Shown one piece after another: positions 33,247-42,590 of a stretch of 64,000 bases of DNA (positions within the stretch are counted from its first letter, which is position 1; each line of letters opens with the position of its first letter). The notes under the pieces are model-generated. The model made no database searches. It saw only the letters and a list, made by a program, of their open reading frames with translations, and was not told the origin of the DNA. Source of the DNA: an uncultured Spirochaetota bacterium (GTDB lineage Bacteria; Spirochaetota; Spirochaetia; SZUA-6; CAVTHK01). The position numbers and the translations under genes are program-made. The stretch lies in NCBI GenBank assembly GCA_963734495.1, contig CAVTHK010000011.1:672001-736000 (forward strand), given 5' to 3'.

Positions 33247-33906
33247 TCAGCGCCGCCTGAGGCTGGCCGCCAGCCCGGCCGGGTGACGGAAGAGCTTTCC
33301 GGAGCCCCGCTTTGCCTTCTCATCGAGCGCGCGGTGGACGAAAGCCGCGTAGTCCTCGGTGTTCGACGAGGTGGACTCGAATCCGTTGACGCACACGTTT
33401 TCGGCCGCCGCGCCGGTCGTGCGCAGAAGCGCCTCGACGAGGCCGCGGAAGCTCGCTCTCGCGATCTCCCCCAGGACGCCTCCGCCGTGAGGACTGTTCT
33501 GGCCCACGAGCGCCGCGAGTCCGGCGCGCCGGCGGGCGAAGTAGGCGAGCAGCTCCCGGGAGAGGAACAGGCTCCCCTTGACCCACGAGTCGATCTCTTC
33601 CTCGATGTCGGCTGACTCGGCCTGCAATAGGGGGGCGCTGCCCAGGTCGGGAGGACCGAGCTGGACGAGGACGTCGATCGCGTCGAAGGCGGTGATGGCC
33701 TTGAGCACCACGTTGCGGACGCTCACGGGCGAGCGTCGGTTCCACTGGAACACTTTGAGCGAGTCGCCCGCCACCTTGTCGAAGGAGGAGAGCGCGTCCT
33801 GGTTGGTCGTCGTGGCGAACACGCGATCGCCCGACTCCAGGAACAGGCTTACGAGCTGGTTGCCGAGAGACGTATCTATATCCGTGACAAAGACGACGCG
33901 GCTCAT
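33247..33906 (-). CDS. Degenerate SDR-fold protein
   Basis: VVFVTDIDTSLG at the TGxxxGxG position, AFDAIDVLV; no YxxxK. Confidence 0.65.
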   Translation of the reverse strand: MSRVVFVTDIDTSLGNQLVSLFLESGDRVFATTTNQDALSSFDKVAGDSLKVFQWNRRSPVSVRNVVLKAITAFDAIDVLVQLGPPDLGSAPLLQAESADIEEEIDSWVKGSLFLSRELLAYFARRRAGLAALVGQNSPHGGGVLGEIARASFRGLVEALLRTTGAAAENVCVNGFESTSSNTEDYAAFVHRALDEKAKRGSGKLFRHPAGLAASLRRR

Positions 33907-34117
33907 AAGCACTTGCCCCCTGTACTCGGGGGCTCGCCCGAGTTTAGGAGAACGCGTTTGCTTGGTCAATTGCGCGAACGCGAGCGAAAGGGGCTCGAGG
34001 GCAGGCACGAAGGCCGGGGCAAGCGCGGCGAAGCAGCCGCGGGGAGCGCGCGGGCGGCGGAAACGCCCCGGGGGAACGGGTTGCCGGCAGGCCCGGCGGG
34101 CCGCCGGCCGGGGGCCT

Positions 34118-34561
34118 TCAATCCAGATCGACGATCTTGTCCGGCGAGGTCTCGTTGACGAAGATCTCGGCGTACCGGCCGGACGACTTCGCCTTCTGCT
34201 CGCCGGGGAAATAGGTCTCGACGAAGAAGAACAGCAGGTCCGACATGTCGTTGAACGACCGCACCGGCGCGAAGCGGTACCAGGTCTCGTAGTCGCCGAG
34301 CAGGGCGCGGTGCTTCCCGTTGCGCACGAGCTCCGGGTCTGTCGTCTCGCGGATCGAGTTGCGCAGCCCGCCGTACCAGGCGCGCGCCACGTTGAAGAGG
34401 CGCAGCGCCTTGCCCTCGTCGCGGTAGTAGAGCTCGTAGATGCCCGCGACCGAAGGCACCACCTTGATGATCTCGTGGCGATCGGTCTTGCGTAGCTCGG
34501 ACCAGTTGATCGTGTAGTAGGCGTTTTCGCCGTCGACCTGCTTGCTGACGCCGGGCTCCAT
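34118..34561 (-). CDS. Hypothetical protein with a GIY-YIG-like N-terminal pattern
   Basis: Clean ORF with host-like codon usage; VPSVAGIYELYY...WYGGLR. Confidence 0.6.
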   Translation of the reverse strand: MEPGVSKQVDGENAYYTINWSELRKTDRHEIIKVVPSVAGIYELYYRDEGKALRLFNVARAWYGGLRNSIRETTDPELVRNGKHRALLGDYETWYRFAPVRSFNDMSDLLFFFVETYFPGEQKAKSSGRYAEIFVNETSPDKIVDLD

Positions 34562-34605
34562 TTCTCACCAAGGTAAGCCGTTTTGCGGACTGTGCCAAGG
34601 ACAGG

Positions 34606-34908
34606 ACCCCTGGTGGGGGGAGGTCTCCCCCTCGAAGACCCGGGGAGCGAAGCGAGCCGGGCTGGCCTTCGCCCCGCGCAGCCCCGGCAGAGCGCGGGGC
34701 GTGTCGTTTGAGCGAGCCTGCGCGCGGCTCCGGCCACCCCCCTCTTCGGGGGCTTTCGGCCCCGAACCCCCGCGTCCGGCTCGCGCGCTCGCGTCCGCGA
34801 AGCCGGCCGCGCAACGATCGAACCGAGCTCGCGGGCTGCGGGATCCGCTCGGCGTCCCCAAGGACCATCCCCCACAGGCAGGAACCCCGATACCCACGCA
34901 CCAGGGGT
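34606..34908. repeat. Palindrome-rich intergenic element bounded by 10-bp inverted repeats (MITE/REP-like)
   Basis: ACCCCTGGTG 34606-34615 and CACCAGGGGT 34899-34908; internal hairpins such as GGGGGAGGTCTCCCCC and GCCCCGCGC...GCGCGGGGC. Confidence 0.45.
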
Positions 34909-34937
34909 TTGACACAACGCAAGCGCTTGCGTATGCT
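34909..34937 (+). promoter_or_regulatory. Sigma70 promoter with a perfect 16-bp palindromic operator
   Basis: TTGACA-N17-TATGCT; ACGCAAGCGCTTGCGT at 34917-34932; ATG 7 nt after the -10. Confidence 0.8.
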
Positions 34938-34943
34938 TGATCC

Positions 34944-35318
34944 ATGCGCAGGTCGATCAGCGCTTCCGCGGCGGCGCTCGGCTCGCGGGGCGGCCGGGCC
35001 GGCGTCGGCGCATCCAAGCGGAGGGGCGACTCCGAGTTCTACAGGCAGCTCGTCGCCCGTCGCGGAGACCGCAATAACAGCGGCACCGGGATGCGCCACC
35101 GTCATCTCAACCACCAGGAATACACGCTCGCCGCGATCGATGACGTCATCGGCAACGGCCGGCGGGCTTCCTGGGAGCGGCTCCGCATGGCGGTCATCCG
35201 GGAGCCCGGCGTAAGGGGAAAGGTGCTGAGGGTCTGCCGGGCCCGGATGCAGGAACCTTCGGCGCAGCGACACCACTTCTGGTGGCATTATGCCCAGGCC
35301 GCCCGCGCGCGTTCCTGA
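34944..35318 (+). CDS. Putative antitoxin of the AbiEii-like toxin
   Basis: Small basic ORF overlapping the start of the nucleotidyltransferase gene; internal ATG at 35091 (MRHRHLNH). Confidence 0.6.
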   Translation: MRRSISASAAALGSRGGRAGVGASKRRGDSEFYRQLVARRGDRNNSGTGMRHRHLNHQEYTLAAIDDVIGNGRRASWERLRMAVIREPGVRGKVLRVCRARMQEPSAQRHHFWWHYAQAARARS

Positions 35319-35982
35319 CTGGGAAAAGGTCCTCTTCGCCGCTGCCTATCTGCAGCAGGTGCTGCCCGACGCTGTTCTTGTCGGCGGAACGGCATCCGCG
35401 CTGCACGCGCGACACCGCATCTCGCTGGACGCCGACCATGTGCTCACCGACCTCACCAAGCGGTTCGATGCCGTGCTGGCGCAACTGGAGTCGGTGGCCG
35501 GCTGGCAGACGGGCCGCGTCCAGCGACCTGTCCAGATCCTTGGCAAGCTCGACGGCATCATGACCGGTGTGCGTCAGCTCATCAGGAAGAAGCCGCTGGA
35601 GACTCAGACGGTTCGATGGAAGGGGCGCACCATCAAGGTGCCCACCCTGGCGGAGATGCTGCGGATCAAGGCTGTTCTGATCCTCAAGCGCAACGCGACG
35701 CGGGACTACCTCGATTTCGTCGCGATCCACGACAAGCTCGGCGAGCGGGCCGGGGCGGATGCTCTTCGGCCTCTGGACCGGCTCTACCCTCAGCCGAACG
35801 GAGAGTCGCCCGTGCAGCAACTGATCGTCCAGCTCGCGAACCCCCTGCCTTACGACCTCGAGGAGACGAGGCTCGGAGAGTACAGGCGCCTCGTCCCGCG
35901 GTGGCGCGACTGGAACGTCGTCAAGCGCGCCTGCGCGGAGCACGCCACGTCGCTTTTCGATCGTCTGTCCGAGCGGCGTTGA
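35290..35982 (+). CDS. AbiEii/MenT-like nucleotidyltransferase toxin
   Basis: LVGGTA...HRISLDAD, LRIK, RNATRDYLD. Confidence 0.78.
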   Translation: MPRPPARVPDWEKVLFAAAYLQQVLPDAVLVGGTASALHARHRISLDADHVLTDLTKRFDAVLAQLESVAGWQTGRVQRPVQILGKLDGIMTGVRQLIRKKPLETQTVRWKGRTIKVPTLAEMLRIKAVLILKRNATRDYLDFVAIHDKLGERAGADALRPLDRLYPQPNGESPVQQLIVQLANPLPYDLEETRLGEYRRLVPRWRDWNVVKRACAEHATSLFDRLSERR

Positions 35983-36005
35983 GCCGCCCCGAGGGTCGGC
36001 AGAGC

Positions 36006-37274
36006 TCACGCGCCGCGCGATCGCGCCTCGTGCGCCTCCATCGCCGCCACGCGCTCGGCGAGCGTCGGGTGCGAGTAGTGGTAGAAGCTGTACAGCGGGT
36101 GCGGCGTGAGGTTGCTCAGGTTGCTGCGCCCCAGGCCGATGAGGGCGGCCTTGAGCCCGGCGGCGCTCCCTGTCGCGTCCACTGCGAATCGATCCGCCTC
36201 GTACTCGTGCTTTCGGCTCCACATGGCAAAGAGCGGGGCGAGGAAAAAGGTGAAGGGCCCCGCGCAGAAGCTCATGATCACGAGCAGCGCGTACGTGCTC
36301 ATGCGGTCGAAGCCGAACGCGTGGTAGAACGGCTCGTAGCCGAGGAGCAGGCTGAGGATCCAGAACCCCGCGAGCGTCATCGCGAGCGAGAATGCGAGCC
36401 CCTTGCGGATGTGGTGCTTCTTCTCGTGCCCGATCTCGTGCGCGAGCACGGCGACGAGGCTCTCCTCGGACATGCTCGCCACCAGCGTGTCGAAGAGCAC
36501 CACGCGCTTCACCTTGCCGAGCCCCGTGAAGTAGGCGTTGCTGTGGCGCGAGCGCTTGCTGCCGTCCATGACGAAGATGCCCTTCGTGGCAAAGCCGAGC
36601 TTGTCCGCGAGGGAATGGATGGCCGTCCGGAGGCTGCCTTCTTCCAATGGGGTGAATTTGTTGAAGAGCGGAGCGATCACTGTCGGATAGATCACGGTGA
36701 CGATGAGCTGGAAGAGGCTCACGCCCGCGAAGGCGAGGAGCCACCACCACCGGCCCGCTCGATCCACGAACCAGAACAGGCCGAGCAGCACCGGCGTCAG
36801 GAGGACCGCGGAGATCGCGAGGTTCTTCGCGAGGTCGGCGAAGAACAGGCGCGGCGTCATCTTGTTGAATCCGAAGCGCTGTTCGATCACGAACTGAAGG
36901 TACAGCGAGGCGGGGAGCGACACGACGGCAGAGAGCAGAGAAATGACAAAGAAGTACGCCAGCCCCTCCGTGTAGCCGGGAAGCCGCCAGCTCACGACGA
37001 GGCGGTCGAGCGCACCGAGAGCGCCGCTCAGGACCACGGCCAGCACGATCGCCGAGGAGACGAGGCCCGACACGAGCGAGAACCGGCTGCGCGTGAGCGT
37101 GTAGTCGATGGAGCGGGCGTAGGTGTCACGGTCCATCACCTGCAGCACGAAGTCGGGAGGGGAGGCGCTCACGCGTTTGACGTGCCTCGCGTTGAGAAGC
37201 GTGAGCGAGCTCTCCCAGCCGAGGCGCACCACGAAGAGCGCGACGTACAGGGCGAGGATCGCGGCCGCGCTCAC
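36006..37274 (-). CDS. M48 (Ste24-like) membrane metalloprotease
   Basis: MDGSKRSRHSNAYFTG, AHEIGH, EYEAD, YSHPTLAERV; GTG start overlaps the glyA stop. Confidence 0.92.
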   Translation of the reverse strand: MSAAAILALYVALFVVRLGWESSLTLLNARHVKRVSASPPDFVLQVMDRDTYARSIDYTLTRSRFSLVSGLVSSAIVLAVVLSGALGALDRLVVSWRLPGYTEGLAYFFVISLLSAVVSLPASLYLQFVIEQRFGFNKMTPRLFFADLAKNLAISAVLLTPVLLGLFWFVDRAGRWWWLLAFAGVSLFQLIVTVIYPTVIAPLFNKFTPLEEGSLRTAIHSLADKLGFATKGIFVMDGSKRSRHSNAYFTGLGKVKRVVLFDTLVASMSEESLVAVLAHEIGHEKKHHIRKGLAFSLAMTLAGFWILSLLLGYEPFYHAFGFDRMSTYALLVIMSFCAGPFTFFLAPLFAMWSRKHEYEADRFAVDATGSAAGLKAALIGLGRSNLSNLTPHPLYSFYHYSHPTLAERVAAMEAHEARSRGA

Positions 37275-38770
37275 TTCAGGAACGCCTCGAGCAGCCCGAG
37301 GTCGAGCTGCGGGTAGACCGGGAAGCGGCCGAGCAGCCGGTGGATGCGGTCGCGCGCCTGCGTTCGCGCCGCGGCGTCGATTACGAACTTCGCCTTGCTT
37401 GGCTTGCCCTTGGAGACCTCCGCCTTCGTGCTCGCGAGCACCAGGCGCAGCACGTCGGCGATCTCGTCCATCTCCGGCTCCTTCATGCCGAGGGTGGTCG
37501 CGGCCGGCGTCCCGATGCGGAGGCCGCTGGTGTACCACGGCCCGTTCGGGTCGAAGGGCAGCGAGTTGCGGTTGAGCGTGATGGCGCAGTCCCGGACCGC
37601 GCTCTCGGCCTGGCGGCCCGTGAGCCCGAAGGGCCGCACGTCGATCAGCATCAGGTGGTTGTCGGTCCCGCCGGTGGCGAGCGTCACGCCGCGCTTGACC
37701 AGGGCGGCCGCCAGGGCGCGCGCGTTGGTCACGATCGCCTTCTGGTAGGAGCGGAACTCCGGCCTGTTCGCCTCGCGGAACGCGACTGCCTTGGCCGCCA
37801 GCACGTGGGGCAGGGGCCCGCCCATCACCATGGGGCACCCTTTGTTCACGTACTCGGCCAGCTCGCTCGTGCAGAGGATCAGCCCGCCGCGCGGACCGCG
37901 CAGCGTCTTGTGCGTCGTGCTCGTGACGATCTGCGCGTGCGCCACCGGGTTGTACGGGCCCTCGAACACGCCGCCGGCCACCAGCCCCGCGAAGTGGGCC
38001 ATGTCGACCATGAGCACGGCGCCCACGCCGTCCGCGATCCTGCGCATCCTCTGGAAGTCGATCAACCGCGGGTAGGCGCTGTAGCCCGCGAGCAGGATCA
38101 GCGGCTTGATCTCCTTTGCCTGCGCCTCGATGGCGTCGTAGTCGATCAGCCCGCTCTCGCGGTTCACGGCGTAGGTGTGCGCCTCGAAGATCTGGGCCGA
38201 GACGTTGTGGCGGTAGCCGTGGGTCAGGTGGCCGCCCGAGTAGTAGTCCATGCCGAGCAGGCGCTGGCTGCCGCAGCGGCGGCGCACTTCGCCCCACTGC
38301 TCGACCGTCATCTTCGAGGGGTCCTCGGCGCCGAGGTCCGCGAGCGCGGGCGCCTCGACCTTCGCCGAGATCACCGCCCAGAAGGCGATGAGGTTGGCGT
38401 CGGCGCCGCTGTGCGGCTGCACGTAGGCGTGCTCGGCACCGAAGAGCTTCTTCGCCTCCTCCGCCGCCAGCCCTTCGACCGCGTCGACGTTGTCGCAGCC
38501 GGCGTAGAAGCGGTGCTGGGGGTAGCCTTCGGCGTACTTGTCCGTGAGGAGGTTCCCCATGGCGAGCTGCGTCGCGAGCGATGAGTAGTTCTCGCTCGCG
38601 ATCAGCTTGAGGTTCGACCGCTGGTCGGCAAGCTCCTTGACGATCGCCGAGGCCGTCTCGGGCGATGACTTCGCGATCTCGGTCAGAGCCGCGAGGTAGG
38701 CCAGGAAGCCGGAGTCGACCTTTTCGGGGGTCGTACGCTGCAGATAAGAAACGAGAGGATTCGAGGCCAT
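37271..38770 (-). CDS. glyA: Serine hydroxymethyltransferase (long form)
   Basis: LIASENY, KYAEGYP, GGHLTHG, TSTTHKTLRGPRGG. Confidence 0.97.
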   Translation of the reverse strand: MASNPLVSYLQRTTPEKVDSGFLAYLAALTEIAKSSPETASAIVKELADQRSNLKLIASENYSSLATQLAMGNLLTDKYAEGYPQHRFYAGCDNVDAVEGLAAEEAKKLFGAEHAYVQPHSGADANLIAFWAVISAKVEAPALADLGAEDPSKMTVEQWGEVRRRCGSQRLLGMDYYSGGHLTHGYRHNVSAQIFEAHTYAVNRESGLIDYDAIEAQAKEIKPLILLAGYSAYPRLIDFQRMRRIADGVGAVLMVDMAHFAGLVAGGVFEGPYNPVAHAQIVTSTTHKTLRGPRGGLILCTSELAEYVNKGCPMVMGGPLPHVLAAKAVAFREANRPEFRSYQKAIVTNARALAAALVKRGVTLATGGTDNHLMLIDVRPFGLTGRQAESAVRDCAITLNRNSLPFDPNGPWYTSGLRIGTPAATTLGMKEPEMDEIADVLRLVLASTKAEVSKGKPSKAKFVIDAAARTQARDRIHRLLGRFPVYPQLDLGLLEAFLK

Positions 38771-38806
38771 TATGTGCTCCGTGTCCGGAGAATGGAGGGC
38801 AGGCTC

Positions 38807-38835
38807 AATTTAGCCGCAGCGCCGGGGCGGGTCAA
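38807..38835 (-). promoter_or_regulatory. Putative sigma70 promoter of glyA
   Basis: TTGACC-N17-TAAATT on the minus strand. Confidence 0.55.
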
Positions 38836-38865
38836 CAGCGCACAGGTCGCCCTCCTGTGCTTCCA

Positions 38866-39045
38866 CTGGGCGCGTCCCCGCCAAGGCTCGCTCGCTGCGG
38901 GGCGAGGACCGGGCTGCTGCGGGCTCCGCTTCGCTTCGGTCCTCGCCCGCCCGCGCCTGGATCAGGGCGTCCGACTGCACGCCACGGGCTCGGACCCGGG
39001 TCGGCCTGCGGCCGCCCCGGCCCTCCGCATCCCTCGCGCGAAGAT
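38866..39045. repeat. GC-rich palindromic REP-like intergenic element
   Basis: GGGCGAGGACCG...CGGTCCTCGCCC stem enclosing GGGCTGCTGCGGGCTCCGCTTCGCTT; followed by GGCCCTCCGCATCCCTCGCGC. Confidence 0.45.
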
Positions 39046-39123
39046 CTACCGCGCCAGTCTGCGTATCTTGCCGAGCACGGAGGCCATGTTCCGCCTGCGG
39101 ACGGAGGGACGGGTGCCGTCCCT

Positions 39124-40062
39124 TTACCGCATGGGCGCGTCGGCGGCGAGGCCGATCTGCCGGAGCACCGCCTTGGCCATCTTGCAGACCACCGTGTACG
39201 CAGGGTCGAACATGTTGCCGATCTCGTACTCGACGCACTGGCCGAGCAGGAGGTGCGGCTCGTTGCCCTCCAGGCCGAGCTCGTTCAGCCAGCGGACCAT
39301 CTCCGTGGTGGCGTGCTGCGTCGCCTGGTCGAGCGGTCGCGCGTTGCCCACGGCAAAGATGTGGGTCTCGTTCTCGCCGCGCGGCCAGAGGATCTTTCTG
39401 TCCTTCACGACGCGCAGGGTGATCTCGACGTCGAACGAGGTCTCGATGCCGGTGCCCACGATCTCCCCGTCGCCCTGGACCGCGTGGCCGTCGCCGATGT
39501 GGAGCAGGGCGCCTTCGACGAAAACCGGAAAGTAGGCGGTCGCCCCCTGCCGGAAGCCGCGGTAGTCCATGTTCCCGCCGTGGGGGCCGGCGGTCGAGGT
39601 GGAGATCGCCTGGCCGTTGGCCGGCGCGACTCCGAAGCAGCCGAGCATCGGCGCGAGCGGAAGCACCAGCGACGCAAGCCTCGGCGGCGGGCTGGAAAGG
39701 CGCGCCGTGGAGTTCGCGGCGTCGATGGTCCACTCCGTGGTTTCCGAGCCCGGCCGCTCGCTCGCCACGTAGTCGGGATCGAGGATGTTCGCCGCCACGG
39801 CGCTCCCCGTCCACCCGGTTCTGCGGGTCGGCTCGAGCGTCTCGAAGCGCACCGCGAGCGCGTCCCCGGGCGTTGCCCCCTCGACGAAGAAGGGTCCCGT
39901 CTGCGGATTGCCGGGCTCGGTCACCTGCCTGCCGGCGGCGTCGTAGCCGCGCGCGTCCACGGTCGTGGTGACGATGGTGTCCCCGCTTCCCACCCGCAGC
40001 ACCGGCTCGTGAGCCCCGAGCGTGCGGTGATAGATCTTCGGATTGAAACGATGTTTGGCCAT
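39124..40062 (-). CDS. Acetamidase/formamidase family protein
   Basis: NPQTGPFFVEGA, HGGNMD, GDGHAVQGDGE. Confidence 0.9.
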   Translation of the reverse strand: MAKHRFNPKIYHRTLGAHEPVLRVGSGDTIVTTTVDARGYDAAGRQVTEPGNPQTGPFFVEGATPGDALAVRFETLEPTRRTGWTGSAVAANILDPDYVASERPGSETTEWTIDAANSTARLSSPPPRLASLVLPLAPMLGCFGVAPANGQAISTSTAGPHGGNMDYRGFRQGATAYFPVFVEGALLHIGDGHAVQGDGEIVGTGIETSFDVEITLRVVKDRKILWPRGENETHIFAVGNARPLDQATQHATTEMVRWLNELGLEGNEPHLLLGQCVEYEIGNMFDPAYTVVCKMAKAVLRQIGLAADAPMR

Positions 40063-40193
40063 GCAAGCCCCCCGCAGAATGGTAGCACGGGCGGAGCGCG
40101 CCCGCACCTCCGGGACCGCTGTGCGGTCCCGCCAGCCCATAATTTACGCGGAAGACGGGCGGGCGTCCGGCGAGGCTGCGAAGCGCCAGGAGC

Positions 40194-41504
40194 TCAATTG
40201 CTGTTGTTCCACTGGAATGCGTGCGGCCAGCTTGCCGTGGCGGTCGGGGTCGAGGTGTGGCAGGCGTTGCAGCCTGTCGTCTGGTCAGGAGACGGGCCGC
40301 CGTGCTCCCCCGCGAAATCGGCGATGGAGGGGTCGCCCCGCGAGCTCGTGTGGCAGACGCCGCAGCTGCCGATGCTCTTCACCTTTCCTGTGAAGCCCTG
40401 GTACTGCTGCGACTGGTAGGCGTCGGAGTTGGGGTAGCCGGCGACCTGGTTGGTCGGGATCATCGCGTGCGGGCTTCCGTGGCAGGCGGCGCACGCGAGG
40501 CCGCCGTGACCCAACGCGTTGCGGTACAGGATGGCTCCGGTGTCGACGTCCGCGACCCCGGGATGGCACGTCACGCACTTCGGCTCCTCGGCCCAGGGCG
40601 CGCGGCCGCCCGCCAGCCCGGCGGCCATCGCGGCCAGGTCGCCGTGGCAGCTCGCGCAGTTGCCGCCGCTCGCGGTGTGGCGCGTGCTGCGGCTGCACTG
40701 CGTGAGGGGGCCCGGGTGGCACTGGTAGCAGGTGGGGCTGGCCTTGCTGCTGTGCCAGCCGTGCATCGCGCGGGACAGGTTGTGCCGGACTCCGTCGCCG
40801 GGAGCCCCCAGCGCGGGGTCGGCGTGGCACTCGGCGCAGATCACCGGTGCCGCGAGCGTCGTGCCGTGGTTGGTGTTGTGCTTCGCGATCATGTCTCCGT
40901 ACGGGTCTGTCGTACCGTGGCAGTCGGCGCAGCTCATCTCGTCCGAGACGGGGACCGTCGCGCGGGTCTGCGCGATCGTCGCGCCGCCGGAGTCCTTCAC
41001 CGTGATGACCGCCACCTGGTAGGGATTCCACACGCCGGAATCCAGGACGGGAGTCACAGGGATCCCCACGGCGACGAAGTGACCGCCAGCCGCGGTCATC
41101 GCCCCCGAAAGGTCGTTGCCCGTGAGGCCGACGTCCGTCGCCGGGACGGGCGTGATCCCGAGGAGCCCGGCCAGGGGCGTCATGATGGTGGTCCAGAACC
41201 CGCCGTAAGCGCGCTTGCCGCTCGAGTAGGTGTTGACGGCGATGCTGTACTCCACCGTGATACCCGAAGTGACGAGGGCGGGGGGATCGCCGCGCTTCAC
41301 GACCTGGGCCCAGACGGTGTTGAACGGCGGAAGCACGAGCATCTTGTCGAACGTCGGGTTGATGCAGTGCATGCCGAGGTCGTTCCAGGCGAGCACGGCG
41401 TACGCGCCCGACGGCGTCGCGCCGTCGGATGAGGAGCCGCCGCCCGCGCACCCGGCGAGCACGAGCAGCGCGATGCCGATCGCTGGAGCCAAGGAGCGTC
41501 CCAT
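40194..41504 (-). CDS. Octaheme c-type cytochrome lipoprotein
   Basis: Lipobox VLAGC, AWNDLGMHC, and eight CxxCH motifs (CADCH, CAECH, CYQCH, CASCH, CVTCH, CAACH, CGVCH, CNACH). Confidence 0.9.
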   Translation of the reverse strand: MGRSLAPAIGIALLVLAGCAGGGSSSDGATPSGAYAVLAWNDLGMHCINPTFDKMLVLPPFNTVWAQVVKRGDPPALVTSGITVEYSIAVNTYSSGKRAYGGFWTTIMTPLAGLLGITPVPATDVGLTGNDLSGAMTAAGGHFVAVGIPVTPVLDSGVWNPYQVAVITVKDSGGATIAQTRATVPVSDEMSCADCHGTTDPYGDMIAKHNTNHGTTLAAPVICAECHADPALGAPGDGVRHNLSRAMHGWHSSKASPTCYQCHPGPLTQCSRSTRHTASGGNCASCHGDLAAMAAGLAGGRAPWAEEPKCVTCHPGVADVDTGAILYRNALGHGGLACAACHGSPHAMIPTNQVAGYPNSDAYQSQQYQGFTGKVKSIGSCGVCHTSSRGDPSIADFAGEHGGPSPDQTTGCNACHTSTPTATASWPHAFQWNNSN

Positions 41505-41664
41505 GCGCGGCCTCCCTGAAGCTTGCGCGAATCGATCTCCCGAAGCATCGTCCGGACCGGACGCGCCGTCAAGAGCGCGGCGCGGCCGTTGCGCGATCGG
41601 GTCCCGCGGACTATAACTCGCATCATCGGCCGCGCCGCCCGCCGGGTGTCAGGCCGGCACGGAG

Positions 41665-42579
41665 GTGACGATGCCCGCTTTCGAGCTCTACGATCGCCGC
41701 TACCGGGACTTCGTTCCCGGCAACTCCCTGCTCGAAAAGCTCTGGACGGGAGGCCGCTGGCTCGAGGGGACGGTCTACTTCGGCGACGCGGACCACGTCC
41801 TGTTCAGCGACATCCCGAACAACCGGATGCTGCGCTGGGTCGAAGGCGGCGGGGTGAGCGTCTTTCGGGCCTCCTCCAACTACAGCAACGGCAACACGCG
41901 CGACCGCGAGGGACGGCTGGTCACCTGCCAGCACGGCACGCGCAGCGTGACCCGCACCGAGCCCGACGGCACGATCACGACCCTGGCCGACCGCTGGAAG
42001 GGCAAACGCCTCAACTCGCCGAACGACGTCGTGGTCAAGTCGGACGGCACCGTCTGGTTCACCGACCCGCCGTACGGGATCCTCACCGACTACGAGGGGT
42101 ACAAGGCCGAGAGCGAGATCGGCGCGAGCTACGTCTTCCGGCTCGACCCTCGCACGGGCGACCTCGACGTTGTGGCCGACGATTTCGAGCGGCCCAACGG
42201 TCTCGCGTTCTCGCCGGACGAATCCCGGCTGTACGTGTCGGACACCTCGCGCTCCGAAGACCCCAACGGCCCGCCCTTAATCCGCGTGTTCGACGTCGTC
42301 GACGGCGGCAAGCTCGCGAGGGGACAGCGCTTCGCCGACATGAAGCAGTTCGCCTTCGGACGGCTTCCGCCTCGACACCGAGGGCAACGTCTGGACGAGC
42401 GCCGGCGAGGGCGTCAACTGCTACACGCCCGCGCGGGGAGCTCGTGCTGCGCATCCCGCGTGCCCGAGCGGGTCGCCAACGTCTGCTTCGGCGGGCCGAA
42501 GCGGAACCGTCTCTTCATCGCCGGCCACACTTCGCTGTACTCGATCTTCGTGGGCAAGAACGGCGTCCAGAAGCCGTAA
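41665..42579 (+). CDS. SMP-30/gluconolactonase family protein (compensating frameshifts at about 42350-42450)
   Basis: WLEG, FSDIP, SNGN, LNSPNDVVV, PNGLAFSPD. The DG..LDTEGNVW motif appears in another frame. Confidence 0.85.
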   Translation: MTMPAFELYDRRYRDFVPGNSLLEKLWTGGRWLEGTVYFGDADHVLFSDIPNNRMLRWVEGGGVSVFRASSNYSNGNTRDREGRLVTCQHGTRSVTRTEPDGTITTLADRWKGKRLNSPNDVVVKSDGTVWFTDPPYGILTDYEGYKAESEIGASYVFRLDPRTGDLDVVADDFERPNGLAFSPDESRLYVSDTSRSEDPNGPPLIRVFDVVDGGKLARGQRFADMKQFAFGRLPPRHRGQRLDERRRGRQLLHARAGSSCCASRVPERVANVCFGGPKRNRLFIAGHTSLYSIFVGKNGVQKP

Positions 42580-42590
42580 GGAGCGCGCTC

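Noticed and set aside
38771-39120. ZTP or THF riboswitch upstream of glyA
   Set aside because: No consensus was recognised, and the likely promoter lies only about 35 nt from the start codon, leaving no room.
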